Origin: Acidimicrobiales bacterium
GTDB lineage: Bacteria > Actinomycetota > Acidimicrobiia > Acidimicrobiales > SZUA-35
Length of the DNA: 64,000 bases
Reading direction: 5' to 3'
NCBI GenBank assembly: GCA_041394285.1
Contig: JAWKIL010000003.1
Span: 186,441 to 250,440, forward strand
This document shows, piece after piece, positions 54,083 to 63,499 of this stretch. Below the pieces are notes generated by a model, which ran no database searches, was not told where the DNA came from, and saw only the letters and a list, made by a program, of their open reading frames with translations. Position 1 is the stretch's first letter; each line of letters opens with the position of its first letter. The position numbers and the translations under genes were made by a program.

Positions 54083-56860
54083 GTGGCCCAACCGCTCGTC
54101 ATCGTCGAGTCGCCCGCCAAGGCGAGAACCATTCGGGGCTACCTCGGCGACGACTACATCGTGGAATCGTCCATCGGCCACGTCCGGGATCTGCCCAAGA
54201 CGGCCGCCGAGGTACCCAAGGAGCACAAGTCCGAGAGCTGGGCTCGGCTCGGCATCGACGTCGACAACGGCTTCAAGCCGCTGTACGTGGTGACCGCCGA
54301 GAAGCGGGATCAGGTCCGCAAGCTCAAGAACCTGATGAAGGACGCCAGCGAGCTGGTGCTCGCCACTGATGAGGATCGCGAGGGGGAGGCCATCGCCTGG
54401 CATCTGCTCGAGGTGCTGTCGCCCCGCATCCCCGTCAAGCGGATGGTGTTCCATGAGATCACCCCCGAGGCCATCCGCCGGGCCATCGAGAACCCCCGTG
54501 AGCTCGACCGCCGCCTGGTGGACGCCCAGGAGGCCCGCCGCCTGCTCGACCGGCTCTACGGCTACGAGGTCTCCCCCGTGCTGTGGAAGAAGGTCAAGCC
54601 CCGCCTGTCGGCCGGCCGGGTCCAGAGCGTGGCCACCCGCATCATCGTGGAGCGGGAGCGGGAGCGGATGGCGTTCCGCTCGGCCAACTACTGGGACGTC
54701 ACCGCCACCTTCCGGGGCGAGACCGGCGCCGACTCCGGCGGTAGCGCCGATCAGCAGCGCCCGTTCACCGCCATGCTGATCGAGCTCGACCAGCGCCGGA
54801 TCGCCACCGGGCGCGACTTCGGTTCCACCGGCACGCTCCAGCGCGACGAGGTCGTCCATCTCGACGAAGCCGGGGCCCGGGGCCTGGCCGAAGACTTCCG
54901 GGACCGGCCGGCCACCGTGGCCAGCAGGGAAGCCAAGCCCTACCGCCGTCGCCCGGCCGCCCCCTTCATCACCTCCACCTACCAGCAGGAGGCCAGCCGC
55001 AAGCTGCGGCTCTCGTCGGCCCAGGCCATGCGGGTGGCCCAGGGACTCTACGAGCGGGGCTACATCACCTACATGCGGACCGACTCCACGACGCTGTCGG
55101 AGACCGCTGTCACCGCCGCCCGCAGCCAGATCGAGGAGCGGTTCGGCCCCGAGTACCGCCCGGCCCAGCCCCGCAGTTACTCCTCCAAGGTGAAGAACGC
55201 CCAGGAGGCCCACGAGGCCATCCGCCCCGCCGGGGACCGGTTCCGCACCCCCGAGGAGGTGTCGGGCGAGCTGTCGACCCAGGATCTGGCCGTCTACGAG
55301 CTGATCTGGCGGCGCACGATCGCCTCCCAGATGACCGACGCCACCGGCGAGACCGTGACCCTGCGGCTGGCCGCCGACAGCGCGTCGGGCCGCCACGGCC
55401 TGTTCTCCACGTCCGGCACCATGATCACCCACCAGGGCTTCCTGCGGGTCTACGTGGAAGACGCCGACGAGGGTGACGAGAGCGAGGATCCGGACGAGCA
55501 GCGCCTCCCGCCGCTCAACGACGGCGACCGGGCCCGACTGGTGGAGATCCAGGCCGCCGGTCACGACACCCAGCCTCCGGCCCGCTACACCGAGGCGTCG
55601 CTGGTGAAGCGACTGGAGGAGCTGGGCGTGGGCCGCCCCTCCACCTATGCCGCCATCATGGGAACGATCCAGAACCGGGGCTACGCCTGGCGCAAGGGCA
55701 CCGCCCTGGTGCCGAGCTTCCTGGCCTTCGCCGTGGTGACCCTGCTCGAGGAGCACTTCCCCGATCTGGTCGACTATGCCTTCACCGCCCAGATGGAAGC
55801 CGATCTGGACTCGATCGCCAGCGGGGTGGAGGAGGCTGTGCCCTGGCTCAGCCACTTCTACTTCGGCGCCGAGGAGGCCCCGGGGCTGCGGGCCAAGGTG
55901 AACGAGCGCCTGGGCGACATCGACGCCCGGGCCGTGAACTCGATCCCCATCGGCCCCGACTCCAACGGGGTGCCGATCGTGGCCCGGGTGGGCCAGTACG
56001 GGCCATACCTGCAGCGGGGCGACGACACCAAGTCGATCCCCGACGACATCCCACCCGACGAGCTCACGCCGTCCCGGGCCGAGGAGATCCTGTCGGTCCC
56101 CGACGAGGTGGTGCTGGGCGAGCATCCCGAGACCGGTCTGCCGGTGGTGGTGAAAGACGGCAAGTACGGGCCCTACGTGCAGATGGGCGCCTACGACGAC
56201 GAGGCCGACACGAGGCCCCGCACGTCGTCGCTGTTCAAGGACATGGACATGCGCTCGGTCACCCTCGACCAGGCGGTGCAGCTGCTCAGCATTCCCCGGG
56301 TGGTGGGCGCCGATCCGGCCAACGGGCTCGAGATCGTGGCCCGCAACGGCCCCCACGGCCCCTACATCGAGCGGGGCGTCAAGGGTGACGAGGCGTACGA
56401 CACCCGTAGCTTCGACAACGAGTACGACCTGCTGTCGATGGATCTGAACCAGGCCATGGCCCTGTTCGCCGAACCCAAGCGCCGGCGGGGTCAGCGGGCC
56501 ACGGGACCGCTCAAGCGGCTCGGGGTGGACCCGGCCAGTGACCGCGAGGTGGTGGTCCGCTCCGGTCGCTTCGGTGACTACGTGACCGACGGCGAGGTGA
56601 ACGCCAGTCTCCAGCAGGGCGACTCGGTGGAGCGGATCGACATCATGCGGGCGTCCGAGCTCCTGGCCCAGCGGCGGGAGAAGCTGGCCCTCGATCCGCC
56701 CAAGCCCCGGGCGGCCAAGAAGGCGGCCGGAGCGAAGAAGGCGGGCGCCAAGAAGTCGACGGCCAAGAAGGCGGCCGGGGCGAAGAAGGCGGGGGCCAAG
56801 AAGTCGACGGCCAAGAAGGCCGCCGGTGCCCGACGGCGGGCTCCGAAGTCGGCCGGTTGA
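54083..56860 (+). CDS. topA: DNA topoisomerase I
   Basis: TOPRIM N-terminus (LVIVESPAKA, DEDREGEAIAWH) and active-site region YITYMRTDS. The Lys/Ala-rich C-terminal tail is typical of actinobacterial TopA. Confidence 0.95.
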   Translation: MAQPLVIVESPAKARTIRGYLGDDYIVESSIGHVRDLPKTAAEVPKEHKSESWARLGIDVDNGFKPLYVVTAEKRDQVRKLKNLMKDASELVLATDEDREGEAIAWHLLEVLSPRIPVKRMVFHEITPEAIRRAIENPRELDRRLVDAQEARRLLDRLYGYEVSPVLWKKVKPRLSAGRVQSVATRIIVERERERMAFRSANYWDVTATFRGETGADSGGSADQQRPFTAMLIELDQRRIATGRDFGSTGTLQRDEVVHLDEAGARGLAEDFRDRPATVASREAKPYRRRPAAPFITSTYQQEASRKLRLSSAQAMRVAQGLYERGYITYMRTDSTTLSETAVTAARSQIEERFGPEYRPAQPRSYSSKVKNAQEAHEAIRPAGDRFRTPEEVSGELSTQDLAVYELIWRRTIASQMTDATGETVTLRLAADSASGRHGLFSTSGTMITHQGFLRVYVEDADEGDESEDPDEQRLPPLNDGDRARLVEIQAAGHDTQPPARYTEASLVKRLEELGVGRPSTYAAIMGTIQNRGYAWRKGTALVPSFLAFAVVTLLEEHFPDLVDYAFTAQMEADLDSIASGVEEAVPWLSHFYFGAEEAPGLRAKVNERLGDIDARAVNSIPIGPDSNGVPIVARVGQYGPYLQRGDDTKSIPDDIPPDELTPSRAEEILSVPDEVVLGEHPETGLPVVVKDGKYGPYVQMGAYDDEADTRPRTSSLFKDMDMRSVTLDQAVQLLSIPRVVGADPANGLEIVARNGPHGPYIERGVKGDEAYDTRSFDNEYDLLSMDLNQAMALFAEPKRRRGQRATGPLKRLGVDPASDREVVVRSGRFGDYVTDGEVNASLQQGDSVERIDIMRASELLAQRREKLALDPPKPRAAKKAAGAKKAGAKKSTAKKAAGAKKAGAKKSTAKKAAGARRRAPKSAG
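56714..56830 (+). repeat. 48-nt (16-aa) tandem repeat encoding the KKAAGAKKAGAKKSTA tail of TopA
   Basis: Two full copies (56714..56761 and 56762..56809) and a partial third copy. Confidence 0.85.
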
Positions 56861-56866
56861 CCGCCG

Positions 56867-57460
56867 GTGGCCACCTACATCGCCTTTGAGGGCGGGGAGG
56901 GCTCGGGCAAGAGCACGCAGGCCAAGATGCTGGCCGAGCGCCTGGGGGCGGTGCTCACCCGGGAGCCGGGAGCGACCGCCCTGGGGGCCAAGCTGCGGGC
57001 TCTGCTGCTCGATCCGGGCGAGGTGCCGGTGTCGCCCCGGGCCGAGACCCTGCTGATGGCGGCCGATCGGGCCCAGCACATGCACGAGGTGGTGGGGCCG
57101 GCGCTGGCCGCCGGGCGCCATGTGGTGTCGGATCGGAGCGTGTTCTCGTCGCTGGCCTACCAGGGCGGCGGCCGCCAGCTCGGCGTCGACGCCGTGTGGC
57201 GGGTGAACGACTGGGCCCTCGACGGTCGCTGGCCCGACGTGGTGGTGTTCCTCGACATCGATCCGGCCGACGCCTCGGGCCGCCTCGACCGGGAGCTCGA
57301 CCGTCTGGAGCAGGCGGGCGATGCCTTCCACCAGCGGGTGTGGGCCGCCTACCGGGAGCTGGCCACCGAGACCCGACGCTGGGTGACGGTGCCGGCGGCC
57401 GGCTCGATCGACTCGGTGGCCGAGGCCGTGTGGGCTGCGGTCGAACCCCGGCTGGTCTGA
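56867..57460 (+). CDS. tmk: dTMP (thymidylate) kinase
   Basis: P-loop FEGGEGSGKST, and DRSVFSSLAYQG. Confidence 0.9.
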   Translation: MATYIAFEGGEGSGKSTQAKMLAERLGAVLTREPGATALGAKLRALLLDPGEVPVSPRAETLLMAADRAQHMHEVVGPALAAGRHVVSDRSVFSSLAYQGGGRQLGVDAVWRVNDWALDGRWPDVVVFLDIDPADASGRLDRELDRLEQAGDAFHQRVWAAYRELATETRRWVTVPAAGSIDSVAEAVWAAVEPRLV

Positions 57461-57579
57461 TCCCCCTTTCCTGTGCATCTCTGACGCGGCGTCCCGCCCC
57501 GGCCCATGCGGTGTCAGAGTTCGCTGCGTGAGGGGGTACCGGGACCCGGCGGTCACCGTCGGCCGGTAGGGTGCGACCG

Positions 57580-58659
57580 ATGACCGGGGTGGATCCGTGG
57601 GCGGCAGTGGTGGGCCAGGAGCAGGCCCGCAACATCCTGGAGGCGGCGGCCGAGCAGCCGGTGCACGCCTACCTGTTCCTGGGGTCGCTGGGTTCGGGCT
57701 CCTTTCCGGCGGCGCTCGGTTTCGCCGGGTTGATCCTGGCCGCTGAGCTGCCCGACGGAGATCCCGGGGTGGAGCGCCGGCTCCGCCTGGCCCTGGAGGC
57801 CCGACACCCCGATGTGATCGTGGTCGAACCCGAAGGTGCCACCCTCCGGGTCACCGAGGCCGAGCAGATCATCCGGGCCGGGCTGCGCTCACCGGTGGAG
57901 GCCAACCGCAAGGTGATCGTGGTGCGGGGGGTCGACGCCATCGAGGAGAACGCCATCGGCAAGCTCCTCAAGGTGGTGGAGGAGCCGCCGCCCTCCACTG
58001 TGTTCGTGCTGCTGGCCGAGGAGATCCCGCCCGAGTTGGTCACGATCGCCAGCCGTTGCGTGACCGTCGACTTCGTGCGCCTCACCGACCCCCAGGTGGA
58101 AGCGGGGCTGCTGGCCCGGGGCGTCGAGCCGGAGCGGGCCCGGGTGGCGGCGCTGGCCGCCGGGGGCGACTTCGAGCGGGCCACACTGCTGGCCACCGAC
58201 GACGGCCTGGCCGTTCGGGTGAGCTTGTGGCGGGAGATCCCCGATCGGCTCGACGGCACCGGCAGCACCGTGGTGCAGCTGGTGGACGAGCTGCGGGCCG
58301 GCATGGACGGGGCCCAAGGCCCGCTGGAGGCCCGGCAGCGACGGGAGCTGGAGGAGCTGGCCGAGCGGATCGAGCGGCTGGGCAAGCGGGGGTCGGGCGA
58401 GACCGAGCTGACCGCCCGGCACAAGCGGGAGATCCGCCGGCTGCGCCAGGACGAGTTGCGGTTCGGCCTGGCCACGCTGTCGCGGGTGTACCGGGACCGA
58501 TTGGCGGCGGCCCCCGATCCCCGGGCCGACGAGGCGCTACGGCTGATCCAGCTGGCGGCCGAGAACCTGATCCGCAACCCCAACGAAGCCCTGCTCTTGC
58601 AGGATCTGCTGCTCCGGGTGGGGGCGGCGGGTCGGGCGGTGGGGGTCGGCCGGGGCTGA
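57580..58659 (+). CDS. holB: DNA polymerase III delta-prime subunit
   Basis: AYLFLGSLGSG, KLLKVVEEPPPSTVFVLL and SRC. It sits after tmk as in other bacteria. GTG 57571 is an alternative start. Confidence 0.8.
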   Translation: MTGVDPWAAVVGQEQARNILEAAAEQPVHAYLFLGSLGSGSFPAALGFAGLILAAELPDGDPGVERRLRLALEARHPDVIVVEPEGATLRVTEAEQIIRAGLRSPVEANRKVIVVRGVDAIEENAIGKLLKVVEEPPPSTVFVLLAEEIPPELVTIASRCVTVDFVRLTDPQVEAGLLARGVEPERARVAALAAGGDFERATLLATDDGLAVRVSLWREIPDRLDGTGSTVVQLVDELRAGMDGAQGPLEARQRRELEELAERIERLGKRGSGETELTARHKREIRRLRQDELRFGLATLSRVYRDRLAAAPDPRADEALRLIQLAAENLIRNPNEALLLQDLLLRVGAAGRAVGVGRG

Positions 58660-58697
58660 TCGCCCACGTCGCCGGGGTCTTGTCGCGCTTCGGTAAT

Positions 58698-58718
58698 GGT
58701 GCTAGTAATACTAGTACC
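58698..58718 (+). promoter_or_regulatory. near-perfect 21-bp palindrome immediately upstream of the GntR gene (autoregulatory operator candidate)
   Basis: GGTGCTAGTA-A-TACTAGTACC. The core CTAGTAATACTAG (58702..58714) is perfectly symmetric. It ends at the ATG 58719. Confidence 0.5.
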
Positions 58719-59066
58719 ATGCAATGGAACATCGATCATCAGAGCCGGGAGCGGCTCCAGGACCAGATCGCGGCGTGCGTCCGGCGGGGGGTGGCGTCGG
58801 GGGAGTTGGCGATCGGGGAGCAGCTGCCCCCGGCGGCCGAGCTGGGCGAGGCCCTCTCGGTCGACCGCAACACGGTCCTGGCCGCCTACCGACAGCTGCG
58901 GGATGAGGGCGTGCTGGAGTTCCGCCGGGGACGGGGGGCCCGGGTGGCCTCGGCCGGGCCGGAGCTCTCCTCGATCACGGAGGCGGCCCGCAGCCTCATC
59001 GCCGCCGCCCGGGCCCAGGGGCTCGGGCCCAACGATCTCATCCGCATAATCAAGGAGCTGACATGA
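58719..59066 (+). CDS. GntR-family (YtrA-like, short) transcriptional regulator
   Basis: LPPAAELGEALSVDRNTVLAAYRQLRDEGVLEFRRGRGARV is a winged HTH. It has a short C-terminal region. Confidence 0.75.
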   Translation: MQWNIDHQSRERLQDQIAACVRRGVASGELAIGEQLPPAAELGEALSVDRNTVLAAYRQLRDEGVLEFRRGRGARVASAGPELSSITEAARSLIAAARAQGLGPNDLIRIIKELT

Positions 59067-59566
59067 CGTCGTTGCCAATCGCCGGCCCTGGCCGGTTCTC
59101 GATCTACACCGGGCGTGTCACCAACTGGCCGATGGTGGTCATCTCCTCGGCGCTGGCGCTACCGGTGCTGTTCATGGGTCTCGGGTCGGGCGACGGCGCC
59201 GGGGGGCTGGGTGGGTTGGCCATGGTCGGCCTGCTGATCGCAGTCGGCATCCTGCTCAACATCGCCACGGCCAGCAGTGTGCGGGTCGCCGCCGGCCCCA
59301 ACGGCGTCACCGTCCGGTGGGGGCTCGTCGGCTGGCCCCGCCACACCTACCGGCTGGCCGACATCGAGCGGGCCGAGGTGATCGACCTCCGCTGGTGGTG
59401 GGTGTCCTGGGGCTACTGGTGGACGCCGAAGCGGACGTGCTGCACGGTGCGCAGTGGCCCCAGCCTTCGGTTCGCGCTGCGCAACGGGCGGTCTGTCACC
59501 GTGTCGGTGCCCGACCCGGCGGCCGCCGTGGCCGCCATCGGGGCCGCCAAGGCGGCCCAGGGGTGA
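59063..59566 (+). CDS. membrane protein, unknown function
   Basis: ATGA overlap with the GntR stop. It has two N-terminal TM segments and a Trp-rich C-terminal region. Confidence 0.45.
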   Translation: MTSLPIAGPGRFSIYTGRVTNWPMVVISSALALPVLFMGLGSGDGAGGLGGLAMVGLLIAVGILLNIATASSVRVAAGPNGVTVRWGLVGWPRHTYRLADIERAEVIDLRWWWVSWGYWWTPKRTCCTVRSGPSLRFALRNGRSVTVSVPDPAAAVAAIGAAKAAQG

Positions 59567-59623
59567 GAACAGCGGGAATCCAGCGCCCACGATGACGGCG
59601 GCCCGCTAGACTTGACGGCCGTT

Positions 59624-59696
<73 letters not shown>

Positions 59697-59780
59697 CAGC
59701 GCATCGAAGGCGGCGGCGACTTGGCCAGACCCCGGATCACCGGCCGATGTCTGATGGCTCACCGCCTCGAGCGGTCAGGG

Positions 59781-60584
59781 TCAGGTCACCTTCGAAGGCG
59801 GATTGGGCTGACCGCCGAGAACATCGGCCAGGTGTCGCCAGCGGGGATCCCAACGCTCGTCGAACGCCGATGCTCGGGCCCTGGCGCGGGCACGCTTGTC
59901 GGGATGGCTCTGGTAGCGCTTGAGATCCCAACGCGAGCCGGGCCGGGCCAGGCGCAGAGCGCCGACGATCGCCACCGGCCAGACGAAGATCGCGATCAGG
60001 GCGAGCCGAAACTTGCCCTTCATCGCGCACACCACCACGGCAATAGCGGTCAGCGCGACGATCGCCATGCCGCCGACCCGGACAGCCAGCTCGGTCCCAG
60101 CAACGTCGTCGACGCCGAATGGGGCAAAGCCGGCCGCTGCCAGCCCGAGGCACGCCGTCACCAGGCCGACGGCCTCGACCGACTGCTGCCCCTCGTTCTG
60201 CCAGTAGTCGTCGCGCAGGTGAAGGATCATCGCGAACTCATCGAACACCAGCGACGCACCGATGCCGATCACGACGGCAGCGATCTCGCGCCATGGGAAG
60301 TGTCCCGGTGTGCCGACCGCGGCGACCGCCCCGACTGTGAGGAGAACGATGCCCGGTGTGGCGTGGTGGACGTGGACACCCCCGGCATCCACGTTGTGCA
60401 AATGGCCACGACCTGAGCGGATGGATCTCGTGATGGCGCGCACGATCACCCAGGTGACCACGAAGGCGGCGAACACCAGCAACAACGGCACCTTGCCCGG
60501 CTCGGAGAAGTTGCGACTCCAGAGCGACACGACGCTCATGGTAACAGCGGCGAACGCCACGGAACATAGACGTTCATCGATCAA
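59781..60584 (-). CDS. integral membrane protein, unknown function
   Basis: 267 aa with about 7 hydrophobic segments and a basic C-terminal tail. The codon usage is visibly less GC-biased than in neighbouring genes. Confidence 0.45.
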   Translation of the reverse strand: MIDERLCSVAFAAVTMSVVSLWSRNFSEPGKVPLLLVFAAFVVTWVIVRAITRSIRSGRGHLHNVDAGGVHVHHATPGIVLLTVGAVAAVGTPGHFPWREIAAVVIGIGASLVFDEFAMILHLRDDYWQNEGQQSVEAVGLVTACLGLAAAGFAPFGVDDVAGTELAVRVGGMAIVALTAIAVVVCAMKGKFRLALIAIFVWPVAIVGALRLARPGSRWDLKRYQSHPDKRARARARASAFDERWDPRWRHLADVLGGQPNPPSKVT

Positions 60585-60642
60585 CCAGGACCCGATGGAG
60601 CACGGAACATCGACGGCCGCGCACGGTTGCCTGAGCCTCGTC

Positions 60643-62385
60643 TCAGGTGCTGTCGGTGGGGCGCACCACCACCAGGATGGCGGCTGTTCCGCTCGACATC
60701 GTGCCGTTCACGAAGCTGATCTGCCCTTCCTCCAACTCCAGGAGGGGGACGTGATGGGGGGCGACGTCGGCCGGGGCCACGATCTCATAGCGGGCGTCGC
60801 GGTCGGTCAGAGAGCTGAAGGTCATGGTCCGAAACGCCAGGCGGTAGCCCCGGTCCTGCCGGCTCGTCTCGTCGACGGGGACCCGGTGGATTCGGGCCCG
60901 ACCCAGGTGCTCGCCCAGATGGTGGGCGGCATGGCTCTCGAGGTTGGCGTCGTCGGTGAGCAGGAGAGCCTGGCCGATCCCGGCCGCTTCCAGCGCCATG
61001 CCCAGGTCCTCGTCGTCCAGCGGGCCGTCGTAGACCAGTACCCCCCGCCGGGCGGCCTCGGCCTGCAGCAGCCGGCGGCTGGTCACGAGCAGCACGACGC
61101 CATCGTGCTGCCTGAGCCGGTCGGCGATCTCCAGGGCGGCCGGGTGGTTGCCCACGATGGCCAGGCCGGTGCGGCTCGGCTTGGCCACCCGGGTCACCCT
61201 GGCCCACCACGCGGCGGTAAGGCCGTAGAAGGCCACCGAGCCGATCACGATGGTGAACACGATCGGGACGAGCTGAGGCACGGCCCGGCCCGGCTCGGCC
61301 GCCAGCTCGTTGGCGAACACCGTCGCCACCGCGGCCGCCACGATCCCTCGGGGGGCCATCGTGGCCAGGTAGCGGCGGGTGTTGCGGTCGATCGCGGTGC
61401 CCACGGTCGACGCCCACACCGCTAGCGGACGAGCGACGACGGCCAGCACCACCAGGAGCACGATCGATCTCGGGATCACCGGAGCCAGCTCATCGGGTTC
61501 GACCAGCGCGCCGAGGGTGACGAACAGGCTCCCGAGCAGGATCACGGCGACGTCCTCGCTGAACGCCGCGATCTGGCGGGCCGGCACCCAGTGCTGGTTG
61601 GCCAGGGCCATACCCAAGGTGGTGGCGGCCATGAGGCCGGCCTCGGGTGTGATCAGGTTGGCGAGCGAGTAGGCCCCGATGGCGAACCCCAGCAGGATCG
61701 GGTTGTGGAGCCGGTCGGGCACGGCGTGGTAGTTGAGGGCCACCAGGGTCACGGCGGCGGCGATCAGGCCCACCACCGCCCCGGATCCGAGCGTGAGCAG
61801 GATCTGCCGGGTGGCCGCCATCGGGCTCGACGGCTCTATGGCCGCGTCGAGCATGACGATGGCCAGCGTCGCCCCGATCGGGTCGATGACGATGGCCTCC
61901 CAGCGCAGGATGGCGGCGCCCGGCTCCCGGGGCCGTACCTGGGTCAGGAGAGGCAGGATGACGGTCGGCCCCGACACGACGAGGATCGCCCCGATCAGGC
62001 CCGAGACCTTCCACGACCCGCCGAAGAGGGCTTGCACTGCGGCGCTGGCCACGAGCCAGGTCACGGCCGCCCCCACGGTGACCAGGCGTAGCACCGCGCT
62101 CCGGGCCGCTCCGAGCTTGTCGAGGCGGAGCGAGAGGCCCCCTTCGAACAGCAGCAGCCCCACCGCCAGGCCGACCGCCGGGAACAGGGCCGGACCGAGA
62201 TCGGCCGTCGGCTCGATCAACCCGCCCAGCGGGCCGACGGCCAGGCCGCTGAGCAACAGGACCAGCACCGACGGGATCCGGGCCACGCTGGCCACCCACT
62301 GCCCGGCCACCCCGATCGTCACGATCAGGGCCAGGGTGGTGGCGGCATCATGGGTGGTGACGGCCAGCATCACGCGACCCGGCAA
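60643..62385 (-). CDS. cation:proton antiporter (CPA1 / Na+-H+ exchanger family) with a C-terminal soluble regulatory domain
   Basis: About 12 TM segments with the LFEGGLSL motif. The C-terminal roughly 150 aa are soluble (LAIVGNHPAALEIADRL Rossmann-like). The start is 62385 or 62370. Confidence 0.75.
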   Translation of the reverse strand: MPGRVMLAVTTHDAATTLALIVTIGVAGQWVASVARIPSVLVLLLSGLAVGPLGGLIEPTADLGPALFPAVGLAVGLLLFEGGLSLRLDKLGAARSAVLRLVTVGAAVTWLVASAAVQALFGGSWKVSGLIGAILVVSGPTVILPLLTQVRPREPGAAILRWEAIVIDPIGATLAIVMLDAAIEPSSPMAATRQILLTLGSGAVVGLIAAAVTLVALNYHAVPDRLHNPILLGFAIGAYSLANLITPEAGLMAATTLGMALANQHWVPARQIAAFSEDVAVILLGSLFVTLGALVEPDELAPVIPRSIVLLVVLAVVARPLAVWASTVGTAIDRNTRRYLATMAPRGIVAAAVATVFANELAAEPGRAVPQLVPIVFTIVIGSVAFYGLTAAWWARVTRVAKPSRTGLAIVGNHPAALEIADRLRQHDGVVLLVTSRRLLQAEAARRGVLVYDGPLDDEDLGMALEAAGIGQALLLTDDANLESHAAHHLGEHLGRARIHRVPVDETSRQDRGYRLAFRTMTFSSLTDRDARYEIVAPADVAPHHVPLLELEEGQISFVNGTMSSGTAAILVVVRPTDST

Positions 62386-62555
62386 TGATCGGACGAGGGC
62401 GGGGTCCCGACCATCATCGGCACAACCTAGCGCCGAGGCGAGCCGAAGAGGACGACAGCATGGGGACCTACCGTTCCGCTCTGCCGGCCGCCCGGTCTGC
62501 CGGCCGCCCGGCCCGAAGCACCGGGCCTCCGGCCCCGGGTGCTGGTAGCCGACCG

Positions 62556-63464
62556 TCAGGGCTTGCGGCCGGCGGGCGGGGCCTGGCCCCGGGCGGCGAT
62601 GGTTGCCGTCGCCAGCGCCACGAAGGCCGTAGCGGCCGGTGAGAGCGGCCCCCGCCGTCGCACCATGCCGATCTGGCGCCGCAGGGGCGGGTCGAAGCCG
62701 GCGACGACGGCGCCTTGGTCGCGGGCGCGGTCGGCGAGGGGGCCGGGGAGCACGCAGGTGCCAGCGCCGGCCAGCACCAGCGGGAGGATCGCCTCCCGCT
62801 GGTCGGTCTCCACTGCGATGGTGGGTTTCAGGGCGGCCCCGGCGAAGGCGTGGTCGATGAGATCGCGGGTGGCGGTGCCCCGGGGCGTCGCCACCAGCGG
62901 CAGATCGGCGAAATCGCTCACGGCGAGCCGGTTGCGCCGCCGGTGGGTGCCGGGCGGGCTCACCGCGAACAGCTCCTGGTGGCCGAGCCCGGTGGCGGCC
63001 AGGTCGGCCGGCACCGGCAGCTGGGCCAGGCCCAGCTCGGAGCGGCCGTCACGGACCATGGCGATCACGGCGGCGGCGTCGTCGGGCTCGGCCATCCTGA
63101 TCGTCACGTCGGGGTGGCTGCGGCGGAACCGCCCGACGAGAGGGGCCAGCGGATCGACGGCCAGCGTCGGCAGCGCCACCAGGTCGAGCTGCCCCGACAC
63201 GTTCTCGGCCACCTGCCGCACCGTCTGGCGGGCGGTGGCCGCGTCCCGCAGGAGCTGGCGGGCCGGCTCCAGGAAGGCGTGGCCGGCAGAGGTGAGGGTG
63301 ACACCCCGGCCCAGCCGATGGAACAGGGCGACGCCGAGCTCACGTTCGAGGGCGGCGATGGCCTGGGACACGCTCGGCTGCGACACGCCCAGGGCGTCCG
63401 CCGCCCGGCCGAAACCACCGTTGTCGACCGCGGCCACCACGTACTGGGCCTGTCGGAGCTCCAT
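62556..63464 (-). CDS. LysR-family transcriptional regulator
   Basis: MELRQAQYVVAAVDNGGFGRAADALGVSQPSVSQAIAALEREL HTH, followed by a LysR substrate-binding domain. Confidence 0.85.
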   Translation of the reverse strand: MELRQAQYVVAAVDNGGFGRAADALGVSQPSVSQAIAALERELGVALFHRLGRGVTLTSAGHAFLEPARQLLRDAATARQTVRQVAENVSGQLDLVALPTLAVDPLAPLVGRFRRSHPDVTIRMAEPDDAAAVIAMVRDGRSELGLAQLPVPADLAATGLGHQELFAVSPPGTHRRRNRLAVSDFADLPLVATPRGTATRDLIDHAFAGAALKPTIAVETDQREAILPLVLAGAGTCVLPGPLADRARDQGAVVAGFDPPLRRQIGMVRRRGPLSPAATAFVALATATIAARGQAPPAGRKP

Positions 63465-63499
63465 GGCCGGTTACCGCCCCGCCGCCGGCGCCGGCTCGG

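Noticed and set aside
59697-59800. The 10-nt direct repeat TCGAAGGCGG flanking the tRNA-proximal region considered as attL/attR of an integrated element.
   Set aside because: The repeat is short, is not derived from the tRNA 3-prime end, encloses under 100 nt, and no integrase or mobile gene is present.
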